From: Candidatus Binataceae bacterium
GTDB lineage: Bacteria; Desulfobacterota; Binatia; Binatales; Binataceae
Direction: 5' to 3'
Length of the DNA stretch: 64,000 nucleotides
Assembly: GCA_035308025.1 (NCBI GenBank)
Contig: DATGHL010000004.1
Location: forward strand, 2,678-66,677
The translations under genes were made by a program, and so were the position numbers. Positions 1 to 11,769 of the stretch are shown here, piece after piece. The stretch's first letter is position 1. Every line of letters begins with the position of its first letter. Under the pieces are notes generated by a model. The model searched no databases, had not been told where the DNA came from, and saw nothing but the letters and a program-made list of their open reading frames with translations.

Positions 1-204
1 GCGCGTTGTCCCTCATGTCAACGCCAGTTGAATGCTGACCCACTTGCCGAGATCTCGCCGAAGTAAAACCGACCCAGTTTGTAGTCTGCCAGGGGGAGCG
101 CGAGGGGGACCTTCCCCCTCGCCGTACCGTGGAGACTCTGTGCTAAAGAGAATTAATTCGAATAGCGCAGCGCCCGAGTACAGATGCGGAGGTTACCGAC
201 GACA

Positions 205-1092
205 ATGCGTTATGGAGTCTACGTACAGAATTTCGGCGAGTATGCCGATCCGCACGACCTCATTGCGCTTGCCTGCGATGCCGAACAGGCGGGCTGGGAC
301 GGTTTTTTCCTTTGGGATCACCTTCATCTCTGGCATTCAGATATTCCGTTTGTCGATGCCTGGGTCGCGCTGGCCGGGATTGCCGCGCGGACTGAGCGTA
401 TTCGCCTCGGTCCGCTGATCGCGCCGTTGGCACGGCGCCGGCCGTGGAAGGTGGCGCGGGAAGTCCTATCGCTGGACCATCTCTCGCGCGGCCGCACCGT
501 TCTCGGCGTGGGGCTCGGGGCACCAGCGGATGGGGAATTCGAGTGCTTTGGCGAGGACCCGACTGATCGGGTTCGCGCGCATAAGCTTGACGAAACTCTG
601 GTAATACTGGACGGGTTGTGGCGCGGCGAGACGTTCAGTCACGATGGCGAATTCTTTCATATCGATCGCGCCAAGTTTGTCCCGCGAGCGCTACAGTCGC
701 CGCGCGTGCCGGTCTGGGTTGCGGGTTTCTGGCCGAACAAGCCACCCATGCGGAGGGCGGCACGATGGGACGGCATGTTTCCGCTAAAGATGCCTCCAGT
801 TGCGTTGACGGATCTGAGGCCCGGGACCGTTCCATGGTCCGCGTTTTGGCTGCAGCCGCATGAGTTGGAACAAGCCGTCAAGTACGTTCGCCAATATCGT
901 ACCGATTCCGCCCCCTTCGACGTGATTGCCAGCGGTGCCACCCCGCTCGGTGAGCGGACCCAGGGAAAGGCGATCGTGGGAGCCCTTGGCGCGGCGGGAG
1001 CGACTTGGTGGCTTGAGTGGCTCGATGAACAGCGCGGCAGCCTTGCTCAAATGCGGGAACACATACGCAAAGGGCCGCCAGACATCGGTTGA
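205..1092 (+). CDS. LLM-class (luciferase-like) flavin/F420-dependent oxidoreductase
   Basis: ORF 184..1092. N-terminal 'YGVYVQNFGEY...LACDAEQAGWDGFFLWDHL' and 'GRTVLGVGLGAP' are typical of luciferase-like monooxygenase family proteins. Start set at the internal Met (MRYGV). Confidence 0.6.
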   Translation: MRYGVYVQNFGEYADPHDLIALACDAEQAGWDGFFLWDHLHLWHSDIPFVDAWVALAGIAARTERIRLGPLIAPLARRRPWKVAREVLSLDHLSRGRTVLGVGLGAPADGEFECFGEDPTDRVRAHKLDETLVILDGLWRGETFSHDGEFFHIDRAKFVPRALQSPRVPVWVAGFWPNKPPMRRAARWDGMFPLKMPPVALTDLRPGTVPWSAFWLQPHELEQAVKYVRQYRTDSAPFDVIASGATPLGERTQGKAIVGALGAAGATWWLEWLDEQRGSLAQMREHIRKGPPDIG

Positions 1093-1123
1093 CCGGAGCC
1101 GCCAATAGCTTGACAGGAGGCAT

Positions 1124-2968
<1,845 letters not shown>

Positions 2969-4001
2969 TCAATCGGCGACCCGGGTCAGTTTTGCATCGG
3001 CACTAACACTCCGGGACAGTCGCGATATCGTTCGGCTCAAGTAGCACAGCCATCGGCTTTTGCCCTCACAGATCCGAGCGTGCAGTTTTCCCGCACTCGG
3101 CTCTTCCAGAAGTTCGATCGTCTCAGCAAGCGACCACCGTCCGAAGGTGAGCGCGGTTAGCGGTAAGCTTTCTAGTGTGTGCGGCGCCATGTGGCAAGAA
3201 TCACTGAATTCCCAAGTTGGACGTCACGGGTTCGATCCCCTTACAACCGGCAATGAAGAGCCCGCGCAGCTGAGAAACTCACCTCTGTTCTTCCGGCTGG
3301 TAGAGAGACTACTTCTTACGTCAATGCCTTTATCAAGGAGCTCCGCGAGAGCGATTCTGGGAGCAGAGCCGAGGTTTCACGGTTCCGTAATCTTTTCGAG
3401 GACTCCTATGACGGCATCTTGCGCCGTTCAACGGCCAAGCTTAATCACCGCATTTCTTTGCGCCTAGAGCATTGATGAGTTTGGCGGGGCGTCTGGAACC
3501 CGCGCACAATGGGCTAGGCGGTCAGCCACTGCACTGTTTGTCCCCGTCAGGGTGATGGTGATGCCGAGCTGTCACCAGAATCGAGAACTGCTGCTAAATG
3601 CCCGGATCTAGGAAAACTTTGAGCGGGCGACGGGCACGTTAGCTCCAAGGACATGCAATGCGGGGGAGTTACAGTTGGCTGGTTGTCAGGGGCGGAGTTC
3701 GCGAAAACCGTCGCAGCCGCGCGGCGCGGCGGACATCGTTCAGCCGCCCTGTTCAAGCGCTCGAAAATCGATTTCCAGTGCTCACATAGTGCCCACTTTG
3801 GTCCGCTGTCATAGGGGCTGGGATGATGTTCGCAAGGAGTGCAGTATTTTCGGCCCGATCTGGCCTCAGATTGTGTGGTAGAACTGGCCGCACAGAACTT
3901 GGGATCCAGTGCCGCAAGGCGTAGTGGTTCAAGTCCCCTCTCCTCGCATCGCCGGAAGATCGGGCTACTCCCTCTCAGACATTTCTGCGCATAATTCCCC
4001 G

Positions 4002-6305
4002 ATGGAGATCGCCCGTCGAGACGCGACACCGGACGACCGCGCGGCCGGAGATTCGTACTGGGCTTGGCTCGCCGTCTGGCTCGCTTTAGGCGTTATCACG
4101 CTGCTGGCGATTCATCGTTTGCGCGATTTTCCAGCGACGCTGAGCTGGCGCGCGGCCTTCGACGGTATCCGCGAAGTCTTACCCGCAACCGCATGGGCGG
4201 CGATCAAGGTCTGGCTCTTCTGGGGTCTGTGCATGATCCTGCTGGGCGGCGCCGCGCTGCGGCTCGATCCAGAGTTGCAAACGTCCGATGCGCTGCTGAT
4301 CGGAGCAGCGGCGCCATGGGCGCTCGCGCCGATCCTCGGCAATATCCTGGGCCCGTTGAGCCTCTTCAACGCCGCTACGATCTGGGGTCTGATCGCGCTC
4401 CTCATCGCCTGGTTGTGGCGCAAACCGCCGTCGTTAAAATTCAGCCCGCTGAGCAGCGGGCAGAAGCTCGCCCTGCTCGCGACTGCTCTGCTGGCCGTCT
4501 CGTACATCCCTCTGCAGCTCGCCTCTCCGGTCCCGCCCTTCATGGACGTGCTCTCCTATCCCTCCTCCGTCCAACGGATCCTCACCTTCCGAGTCTATCT
4601 GCCCTTCGACAACGACCCTTACGGCTGCTGGGGACGTTACGCCGAAACACCTTTCCTCGAACTTTTCTACGCGATGCTGGCGCTCGGCAGCGGCACGCGA
4701 CTGGCCGTTCTGACCGAAACCGCCGCGATGATGCCGATGGCGGCCTTGATGATTTTCGCGGCGTGGCGCCTGGGCAAGAGCTTGTTCGGCGACACTGCCG
4801 GCGGCTTCGCTGCGCTCCTGCTCTTCTCGACTGATTTGTTCCGGCGGGCTCAGGGGATGCGCGGCACGGCCGTCGATTTCGCCCTGATCGGGCTCGCGCT
4901 GGCATTTTTCCTCGATTTGAACCGACGCCGAATCACGCTCGCGGCCGGGGCACTGATGCTCGGAATCGGTGTCGGCTCCCATGCGATTATCGGCGCGTTC
5001 GGCCTGATCACGGCAGGTCTCGGCGTCCTGATGTGGCTGGTTGAGGGCGATTATCGGCGCTTCTTTGCCGGAGTGCTCGCCTTGTTCGGCGCGAGCTTGT
5101 GTGCATTTCCGGAGTTGCTAATCGGGCTGGATTGGCAAGTCCAGTATCCGATCTTGCCGCTGTTGTTGTTGAGCGGCCTTGGCCTGATTGTGACCGCTGC
5201 CGCCCTGCTCGCGCCGCAGCCGCAACGGCTTAAAGACCTCGATTTGCGAATCATCAACGCCGCCCTAATCGGGGCGCTGCTGCTGGCAGTGATCGCGCGT
5301 CATGCTTTCATATTTTACTCGTTTTACACGAAGGTCGGCTTGAACCTGCCGATGCTGTTCCTCTTCGGTTTCGGCGGGCTGTTCGCAACGCTCGGGATCA
5401 TCACAGCCGAGCGTCCCTTGCGCGCGCGCTACGCGGGGATCGCCGCGGGCGCCTTGCTCCTCGGCGCGCTGGACGATTATCTCGACCCGGCGTTGCGCGC
5501 TCTCGGCCGGACCGCCGCCACCCGCATGATGACTTCCGATATCAGTATCAAGCTGACTGACTATTGGTGTCCGTACTTTCTAATCTTCCCGGCCGGACTA
5601 TTATTTGCACTGGCGTATGATCGCTGGTCGCGCCCACTGACCTTCCTCGCGCTGATGACGCTCCTGATCTATCCGTGGCGGCGCAACACCGACCCGATCT
5701 ACTATGACTCGCTCGAACATACGATCACCGAGCAATGGGCTTTTAATCTCGACACCGCTGCCGATGGCTATTGGGCGGGACATAGCGACCGCCGTTGGAC
5801 TTTTGATGCTGACGAGATGGAACTGATCAAAACTCTTAACGCCGAAATTGCGGCCGGCCGGATCACGCCCGCAACTCATATCCTCCATCTCACTGAGAGC
5901 ATCTCGTCATACTCTCTGGTGCAGTTTTCAATCCTTACCGGAATCAACGACGATCCGATTGAGTATCAACACGACCCCAACAACCAGTGGGAGGGCGGCA
6001 GCCGAGTGCGCGGACTGGATTCATTGCACGAAGCGATGGCCGGGTCACCGCCCTATATCCTGAGGCAGGATCCGCCGCCGCCCGGTTTCGGCGATCCACC
6101 AGCCGGCTACGACCGACTGTTAGACGGCGGCGCGCTGCAACTCTACCGCCGCCACGACCTCGCGACGATCAATGATCCACCGCGGCGCGGCCTGCTCCGG
6201 CGCTTCGGGTTGGGGGTTGTGCTTGGGTTGTGCGCAATCGTCGTTTTACTGGGGCCGAGACGTGAGCAGCCCGTCGTCGGCGCGCACGAAGCGCCGCTGG
6301 GTTGA
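4002..6305 (+). CDS. large polytopic membrane protein of unknown function
   Basis: ORF 3909..6305 has many hydrophobic helices throughout. Start placed at the internal Met before the first transmembrane helix. No recognisable catalytic motif. Confidence 0.4.
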   Translation: MEIARRDATPDDRAAGDSYWAWLAVWLALGVITLLAIHRLRDFPATLSWRAAFDGIREVLPATAWAAIKVWLFWGLCMILLGGAALRLDPELQTSDALLIGAAAPWALAPILGNILGPLSLFNAATIWGLIALLIAWLWRKPPSLKFSPLSSGQKLALLATALLAVSYIPLQLASPVPPFMDVLSYPSSVQRILTFRVYLPFDNDPYGCWGRYAETPFLELFYAMLALGSGTRLAVLTETAAMMPMAALMIFAAWRLGKSLFGDTAGGFAALLLFSTDLFRRAQGMRGTAVDFALIGLALAFFLDLNRRRITLAAGALMLGIGVGSHAIIGAFGLITAGLGVLMWLVEGDYRRFFAGVLALFGASLCAFPELLIGLDWQVQYPILPLLLLSGLGLIVTAAALLAPQPQRLKDLDLRIINAALIGALLLAVIARHAFIFYSFYTKVGLNLPMLFLFGFGGLFATLGIITAERPLRARYAGIAAGALLLGALDDYLDPALRALGRTAATRMMTSDISIKLTDYWCPYFLIFPAGLLFALAYDRWSRPLTFLALMTLLIYPWRRNTDPIYYDSLEHTITEQWAFNLDTAADGYWAGHSDRRWTFDADEMELIKTLNAEIAAGRITPATHILHLTESISSYSLVQFSILTGINDDPIEYQHDPNNQWEGGSRVRGLDSLHEAMAGSPPYILRQDPPPPGFGDPPAGYDRLLDGGALQLYRRHDLATINDPPRRGLLRRFGLGVVLGLCAIVVLLGPRREQPVVGAHEAPLG

Positions 6306-6396
6306 GCCCGAGCGATGGCGCAACCATCCGCGATGAAGTAAAACCTCGATCAATCAGTTGCAGTAAGCTGGTTCCGCAACAGCGAAGGACAGTCCC

Positions 6397-7176
6397 ATGG
6401 CGCAATATATCGAAGTCGAGCAGGCAATTCCGTTGACTGGGCTGCGCGTGGTGCTCACCCCCGGCGTCCCTGGACCGTGGAGCGAATCGGCCAAGGGCAT
6501 ACTTCACGTCAAGAAAATTCCCTATGTGAAAGTGCGGCAGATCATCGCGGCAGAGAATCCGGCGCTGCGGCAATGGACCGCGCAGGAGACCGCGCCCGCC
6601 TTCATCTACAACGACGAGCGGCCCCGCAGCCTGTGGAGCGATCAGCTCTATCTGGCCGAGCGCATTGCACCAACGCCCCCTCTAATCCCAGCCAGGCTTG
6701 ACGAGCGGGCACAGATGTTCGGCCTCGCCAATGAGCTGTGCGGCGAAAACGGCTTCGGCTGGGCGCGCCGGCTGATGCTGCTGCACGAGAGCCTGAGCAA
6801 TCCAAACTTACCCGAGGGCGGACGGAAATTCTCAACCTTCCTCGGCAACAAGTATGGCTATGCGCCTGAATTTGCTGCAGGCGCGCCGCTACGGGTCGCC
6901 GAGATTCTCGAGGCGCTCGCGCGGCAGCTCGCGGCGCAACGCCAGCGCGGCAGCCGCTACCTGATCGGTGACGCGCTCACCGCGCTTGACATCTACTGGG
7001 CCTGCTTCGCCGCTCTGATCCAGCCGCTGCCCGATGACCAATGCGCAATGACCAGCGCCTTTCGCAGTATGTACACCTGCGCCGAGCCAACCGTGATGCG
7101 GGCTGCGGATCCGGCGCTCTTCGCGCATCGCGACTTCATCTATCGCGAACATCTTGAACTGCCGGTGGACCTGTAG
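6397..7176 (+). CDS. putative glutathione S-transferase-like / thioredoxin-fold protein
   Basis: 259 aa soluble protein. The N-terminal region resembles GST N-terminal domains. Weak similarity only. Confidence 0.3.
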   Translation: MAQYIEVEQAIPLTGLRVVLTPGVPGPWSESAKGILHVKKIPYVKVRQIIAAENPALRQWTAQETAPAFIYNDERPRSLWSDQLYLAERIAPTPPLIPARLDERAQMFGLANELCGENGFGWARRLMLLHESLSNPNLPEGGRKFSTFLGNKYGYAPEFAAGAPLRVAEILEALARQLAAQRQRGSRYLIGDALTALDIYWACFAALIQPLPDDQCAMTSAFRSMYTCAEPTVMRAADPALFAHRDFIYREHLELPVDL

Positions 7177-7179
7177 GGC

Positions 7180-7270
7180 CTACGCTAGCGCAGCAAAGCG
7201 GAGGGAGCAGGCGAGTCTGACCAAAGGCCGCGCTCGCGGACTCGCCCGCCCCCTGGAGCTGCGTCAAGAT
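7180..7270 (-). repeat. dispersed REP/MITE-like intergenic repeat, copy A (inverted orientation, with internal insertion)
   Basis: '...gagcaggcgagtctg...agctgcgtcaagattctaag' is the reverse complement of the consensus gaTTCTTGACGCAGCTCGCAGACTCGCCTGCTCGCTCCGCGCGG..CCGCGCTCCGCTAGTGT. Confidence 0.6.
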
Positions 7271-7315
7271 TCTAAGTTGAAATCTTTTTAATAGCCTGCT
7301 GTGGGACGGCAGTGC

Positions 7316-8176
7316 ATGAACGACGAATCGATCTTCGCGCATCATACCGCCGTGCTGGACGACGTGCGGCTGCATTACGTAATCGCGGGACATGGCGAGC
7401 CGGTGGTCTTGCTGCATGGATGGCCGCAGACCTGGTTCGAATGGCGCCGGATCATTCCAGCGCTGGCGCAGCGTTATACCGTGATCGCGCCCGACATGCG
7501 CGGGCTGGGGGATTCCTCGCGCCCGGTGAGCGGTTACGACAAGCGCACCGTCGCGGGCGACATCCGTCAACTCGTGCACAAGCTCGGCCTCGAGAAGATT
7601 TTCCTGGTCGGCCACGATTGGGGCGGTCCGGTCGCCTACGCCTATGCCTGCGCCAATCCGTCCGAAGTGCGTAAGCTGGTTATCCTCGATGTCACGATTC
7701 CCGGCGAGGCCTGGGAGAAATTCCCGCAGATCACGCGTCGCGGCGGCATCTGGCATCTCGCATTTCACAGCGTCCGCGACCTGCCCGAGGCGCTCGTGGC
7801 GGGCCGCGAGCGTGCTTACCTGTCGTGGTTCTATCGTTCTGCGGCTTACAATCCCTTGGCGATCACCGAGGCGGAGATCGACGAATACGGCCGCAGCTAT
7901 TCGGCCCCGGGGGCGATGCGCGCCGGTTTCGAATACTATCGCGCGATCTTTGCCGATATCGATCACAACAAGGAAAATGCAAAGACCAAGCTCAAGATGC
8001 CGGTGCTGGCGCTGGGCGGCGAGCGCGGCTTCCGTAACAGTCCGCTGCGCTCCATGCGCGAGCTGGCCGAGGATGTTCGCGGCGGCCTCATCGAGCGCGC
8101 CGGCCATTGGCTCGCCGAAGAACGTCCGGATTATCTGATTGAGCAGCTACTCGCCTTCTTTGCTGAACCCGCCTGA
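7316..8176 (+). CDS. alpha/beta hydrolase (epoxide hydrolase / haloalkane dehalogenase-like)
   Basis: 'VVLLHGWPQTWFEWRRIIPAL', 'GHDWGGPVA' (nucleophile elbow) and a C-terminal 'GHWLAEERP' are hallmarks of the epoxide-hydrolase-like alpha/beta hydrolase fold. Confidence 0.7.
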   Translation: MNDESIFAHHTAVLDDVRLHYVIAGHGEPVVLLHGWPQTWFEWRRIIPALAQRYTVIAPDMRGLGDSSRPVSGYDKRTVAGDIRQLVHKLGLEKIFLVGHDWGGPVAYAYACANPSEVRKLVILDVTIPGEAWEKFPQITRRGGIWHLAFHSVRDLPEALVAGRERAYLSWFYRSAAYNPLAITEAEIDEYGRSYSAPGAMRAGFEYYRAIFADIDHNKENAKTKLKMPVLALGGERGFRNSPLRSMRELAEDVRGGLIERAGHWLAEERPDYLIEQLLAFFAEPA

Positions 8177-8650
8177 GACACGGATCGCCAGTTCCGCACA
8201 GATTTTGTCCGCGATCGCGTGGGCCTCCTCCGAGACTTCTATGACCAGTTCGTCGCGCGGCTCCTCGAGCGTCTCGAACTGGCTACGCAAGAGTTGCGGA
8301 TCAAAGAAATGACGCTGCCGCGCCGTCACGCGTTTCGCGATTAGCTCGTATGATCCCTTCAGGTAGACAAGTTTTACTGCATCCCGATCAATAATTATCT
8401 GATCGCGATACGATTGCTTGAGCGCCGAACAGGCAATGACCGCCGAGCCGCCTCGGGATACTGATCGTTGAATCAGGGCTCGGACTGCCTCGAGCCACGG
8501 CTGACGATCGTCGTCCGTGAGCGGGATTCCGTGCGCCATCTTCTCCCGATTCGCCGCCGTATGAAGGTCATCGGCGTCGTGAAAGGACCAGCCAAGGCGG
8601 CACGCGACCAGCTCGCCGACCGTGGTTTTGCCGCTGCCCGCCACCCCCAT
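8147..8650 (-). CDS. gntK: gluconokinase (GntK/IdnK family), 5' end anomalous
   Basis: 'MGVAGSGKTTVGELVA...FHDADDLH...KM..GIPLTDDDRQPWL' matches gluconate kinases. The conserved beta1 strand 'KILVLMG' is encoded in-frame upstream of the annotated ATG with no canonical start codon. See findings. Confidence 0.65.
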   Translation of the reverse strand: MGVAGSGKTTVGELVACRLGWSFHDADDLHTAANREKMAHGIPLTDDDRQPWLEAVRALIQRSVSRGGSAVIACSALKQSYRDQIIIDRDAVKLVYLKGSYELIAKRVTARQRHFFDPQLLRSQFETLEEPRDELVIEVSEEAHAIADKICAELAIRVSGGFSKEGE

Positions 8651-8656
8651 CAGGAC

Positions 8657-8760
8657 TAAGATTTTTGACGCAGCTCGCAGACTCTTGACCTTGGCCGCGC
8701 GTCGCAGACTCCGCCGGCCCCTGTGCTCGCTGCGCGCGGCAACCGCGCTCCGCTAGTGTC
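8657..8760 (+). repeat. dispersed REP/MITE-like repeat, copy B
   Basis: 'tttgacgcagctcgcagactc...ctgtgctcgctgcgcgcggcaaccgcgctccgctagtgtc'. Sits between the convergent gntK and amidase genes. Confidence 0.65.
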
Positions 8761-10264
8761 ACGCGCCTTTTTGATAGGCGTCGGCGGCGCGCAGCACGGT
8801 CGCGTCGTCGCCGCTCTTCCCGACCAGCATCATGCCAATCGGTAGGCCCTTCGATACCGCGCAGGGCACGTTCATCGCGGGATGGCCCGTGACGTTGAAC
8901 TGCGCCGTACTCGAAACCATCCCGAGAGAGGCGGCCATGTACTCTTCGCGTGAGGCTCCAGGCAGCGGGATGCGCGGTGCCCGGGTCGTCATCGTCGGCA
9001 TCACCAGCAGATCGTAATCGCTCAGGACTTTGTCGTAAGCGGCCTTGAGCGCGCGAGCAAGATTCTGGGCTTTGGCATAGTAATGGCCGTGGTAACGGTC
9101 GCGCATGTAGAGGCCGAGCATCGCAAACAGTTTGGCGCTCTCGGAAACGTCGTCAGGATGGGTCCGCAGACCACGCGCGAAGGCGTCGAGCATCCCGGTT
9201 GCATAGTAACCCTTCCAGTTCGTGCCGAGCCCGCTGCCGGTGATCATTGTGGCGAGCGCGCCCTCACCGGCGATTCCCGTCCAGATCGGTGCGCCATCGC
9301 GATGCCACGGGATGGAGACGCGGTCGAGACGCGCCCCGAGCTTCTCGAAGGCCTGGGCCGCCTCCATCACGGCTTCATCGACCTCTTTTTCAGCACCCGG
9401 CGTGCCAAAGCCCTCCTGCACGAGAGCAAGGCGCAAGCCCTTTGCGTCACCCGTGAGCGCTTTCGTGTAGGCGGCACCCGCCAGATTGGCGCCCTGGCGC
9501 GGGTCGAGGCCGTCCGGCCCGGCGATCGCTTCGAGCATCAGGGCGCAATCCGCGGCGCTACGCGCCATCGGCCCGAGATGATCGAGAGTCATTTCGATCG
9601 GAAAGGCGCCGGTATAAGGCACTAACCCATACGTCGGCTTGAGCCCGTAAAGTCCGCACCAGGCGCTCGGAATACGGATCGATCCGCCTTGATCGCCGCC
9701 GATCGCCATGTCCACCGCGCCCGCCGCGACCAACGCGCCGCTTCCGCTCGACGAGCCGCCGGTGGTGCGCTCACTGTCGTGCGGGTTACGCACCGGACCG
9801 CTGTCCGCAGTGTGGCTGCCGCCCGAAAAACAGAGACTTTCGCAAACCGCCTTGCCCAGAATCGTTCCCCCAGCGTCAAGGATGCGCGTGACCACCGTGG
9901 CATCGATATTCGGCACGAAACCTTCGAGCAACCGCGTTCCATTCATCATCGGAACGCTGGCGACGCAGACGTTGTCTTTGATCGCGAAGGTCTTGCCGGC
10001 GAGCAGCCCGCTCGGCGCACCCTTGATTTCGCAGCGCCAGTACCAGGCGTTATGCACATTCTCCTCGGCCGTCGGCCGCCAGCCGCCATCGCGGGGATAC
10101 TTCACCGGAAGAGTCGGCTCGGCGAGCAGGTCCAAACGGTTCAGCGCCGAGATATAGGGCTCGAGCAGGCGGCGCGACGACTCGGTGTCTTGCGGCGACG
10201 GCCGAAACCCCAGCGTATTGGCGAGTCGGGTCAAATCTTCAGTTGAAGGCGCTTTAACCGGCAT
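8759..10264 (-). CDS. amidase (amidase-signature family)
   Basis: AS-family signature 'GGSSSGSGALVAAGAVDMAIGGDQGGSIRIPSAWCGLYGLKPT' with the Ser-cisSer-Lys context. Confidence 0.75.
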   Translation of the reverse strand: MPVKAPSTEDLTRLANTLGFRPSPQDTESSRRLLEPYISALNRLDLLAEPTLPVKYPRDGGWRPTAEENVHNAWYWRCEIKGAPSGLLAGKTFAIKDNVCVASVPMMNGTRLLEGFVPNIDATVVTRILDAGGTILGKAVCESLCFSGGSHTADSGPVRNPHDSERTTGGSSSGSGALVAAGAVDMAIGGDQGGSIRIPSAWCGLYGLKPTYGLVPYTGAFPIEMTLDHLGPMARSAADCALMLEAIAGPDGLDPRQGANLAGAAYTKALTGDAKGLRLALVQEGFGTPGAEKEVDEAVMEAAQAFEKLGARLDRVSIPWHRDGAPIWTGIAGEGALATMITGSGLGTNWKGYYATGMLDAFARGLRTHPDDVSESAKLFAMLGLYMRDRYHGHYYAKAQNLARALKAAYDKVLSDYDLLVMPTMTTRAPRIPLPGASREEYMAASLGMVSSTAQFNVTGHPAMNVPCAVSKGLPIGMMLVGKSGDDATVLRAADAYQKGA

Positions 10265-10439
10265 CGCTTGTCCTCCCGATCAATCAGGCCAATCAGTCAA
10301 CGTCAGGACTTCAGGGTAAGACTTGGCCGGTGGATTTGTCCAACGCGCGGGCAAGCAGACATTCAACGCTCCGAGGCGCAAATATTCTCAGAGAATGTCT
10401 AATAATCTAAATCATTAGCTAATATGGAAGAGTACTTGC

Positions 10440-10850
10440 CTACTGCTCTCCGGCGGGGAGCTTTTCGACCGTCAGCTTATTTTGAACTGACTTAACGCCA
10501 TCGCAGTTTCGCGCCAAGACAATAGCATGATCGATATCTTGCTGGGACGCCAGTACGCCTGTGAGTGTAACTACTCCATGAGCTGCACCCACGGTGACTG
10601 GGTAGTCATCTGTGACGCCGTCATCAGCGAGAGTGGATTTCACTTCGGTGATGATGAGAGCGTCCTTGGCGCGGTCGGCAGGCGAGGCATAGATGGTATG
10701 CTGCGTGCTCGAGGCTGAGAGTTGCTCCGACTGGACAGACGCATCGTTGGTCACCACGGGACCTTGATCTTGTGCAAGAGCGACATTTGCGATCCCGGCG
10801 GCGCCGATGCCCGCGGCTAACATGGTCGGGAACTTGTAGAGGTTCCGCAT
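10440..10850 (-). CDS. BON-domain protein (OsmY-like), secreted
   Basis: Signal peptide, then a BON-like 'DALIITEVKSTLADDGVTDDYPVTVGAAHGVVTLTGVLASQQD...GVKSVQNKLTV'. Confidence 0.55.
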   Translation of the reverse strand: MRNLYKFPTMLAAGIGAAGIANVALAQDQGPVVTNDASVQSEQLSASSTQHTIYASPADRAKDALIITEVKSTLADDGVTDDYPVTVGAAHGVVTLTGVLASQQDIDHAIVLARNCDGVKSVQNKLTVEKLPAGEQ

Positions 10851-10867
10851 CGTACTCTCCTGTCGTC

Positions 10868-10910
10868 ACTAGATTCGGGCCTAGGAAGACTAGATTCGGG
10901 CCTAGGAAGT
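10868..10910. repeat. perfect tandem duplication of a 21-bp unit (ctagattcgggcctaggaag)
   Basis: Read directly: 'actagattcgggcctaggaag actagattcgggcctaggaag'. Lies in the promoter region upstream of the BON-domain gene. Confidence 0.7.
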
Positions 10911-11207
10911 AGCAACCTGTATACCAAGCATGATCATTTACTTTTACTGCCTGGCGACTCGATGCCAACTTGCGATTCAGACGCTTTGTAAGTGTTTCTA
11001 GAGGTCAGCAGTCCACGTATAAGATTATTCTCCTCTTGATCACCTTAGGCCAACGAGCGGTACAAGGTAAAAATTACTGCTGTTTGCGTTCGTCAGATCT
11101 GCTCTCAAGGCACACCTTCCAATAAGAACCTTTCGATTTTGCGTCTCCTCAAATGGCACAAACCCTGCTCCGCAATTGAACCTGAAGAACAATTCAGAGG
11201 AGGAATT

Positions 11208-11516
11208 ATGACGAAATCATTCAAAAGGAGTGCTTTGACGGTAGCAGCAGCTTGCAGCCTCAGTTTTATGGCGGCTTGCTCAACCACCAAAGAGGAGACT
11301 CTTTCTACGACACCACGAGTTGTCGTACAGCCCGCCCCCGTGGTCGTGACTCCGCCGCCAGTAGTCGCAAGCTCGCCGGAAACCTCGACCAGCGTGACGA
11401 AAGAAACCAGTAGTTCCTATGATTCGAGTTCGGGGTCGGCCGTACCCTCCCAGCAGAGTACATCGACGTATAAGTCGAGCTCTGAATCATCGACCGTCAC
11501 TCCGATCGCACCGTGA
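11208..11516 (+). CDS. small Ser/Thr/Pro-rich lipoprotein
   Basis: GGAGGA 7 nt before the ATG. 'MTKSFKRSALTVAAACSLSFMAACS' is a lipoprotein signal with a lipobox Cys. The rest is low-complexity S/T/P. Confidence 0.4.
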   Translation: MTKSFKRSALTVAAACSLSFMAACSTTKEETLSTTPRVVVQPAPVVVTPPPVVASSPETSTSVTKETSSSYDSSSGSAVPSQQSTSTYKSSSESSTVTPIAP

Positions 11517-11769
11517 AGGTAGCACCACACTTCCGCAAGCGCTAAGCCTACTCGCGACGCGGCTGACCACAGTCGCGTCGCGGTAGTTACGACATCGCGC
11601 GACGCCGACGGGCCATCCTCTCTCGGCATCTTGCGTCTACCGGCTTGGTAACCGCACATAGAATCTTCGCGGCGAATGCCGGATTGAGCTAGCCCGACCT
11701 TCGCTAATTATGGCGGTCTGTTGCGCAGGGGGCGATTGGTTTTTTTACGTCGGTTAATATCGGCGTGAG

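Noticed and set aside
98-118. perfect 9-bp-stem hairpin cgaggggga-cct-tccccctcg near the window start
   Set aside because: It could be a terminator of an upstream gene outside the window. There is no T-tract and the context is unknown, so it is not reported as a feature.
3190-3260. tRNA-like T-arm motif 'cacgggTTCGATCcccttac' in the non-coding stretch left of the IS21 remnant
   Set aside because: The T-stem pairs only 4 of 5 bp. There is no CCA. No complementary 5' acceptor strand (cggttgt) exists within 100 nt upstream. It is most likely a chance match or a very decayed tRNA fragment.
3925-3960. second T-arm-like motif 'gtagtGGTTCAAGTCCcctctcc' suggesting a tRNA or tmRNA 3' end
   Set aside because: Stem pairing is imperfect. 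There is no CCA and no matching acceptor or D-arm upstream. It also falls at the 5' end of the membrane-protein ORF.
3547-4029. 160-aa minus-strand ORF in the non-coding region before the membrane protein
   Set aside because: No start-proximal RBS and no motifs. Overlaps the upstream region and start of the plus-strand membrane protein gene.
7136-8107. 323-aa minus-strand ORF antisense to the alpha/beta hydrolase gene
   Set aside because: Low-complexity Arg/Ala-rich translation typical of GC-rich antisense frames. The plus-strand ORF has clear hydrolase motifs.
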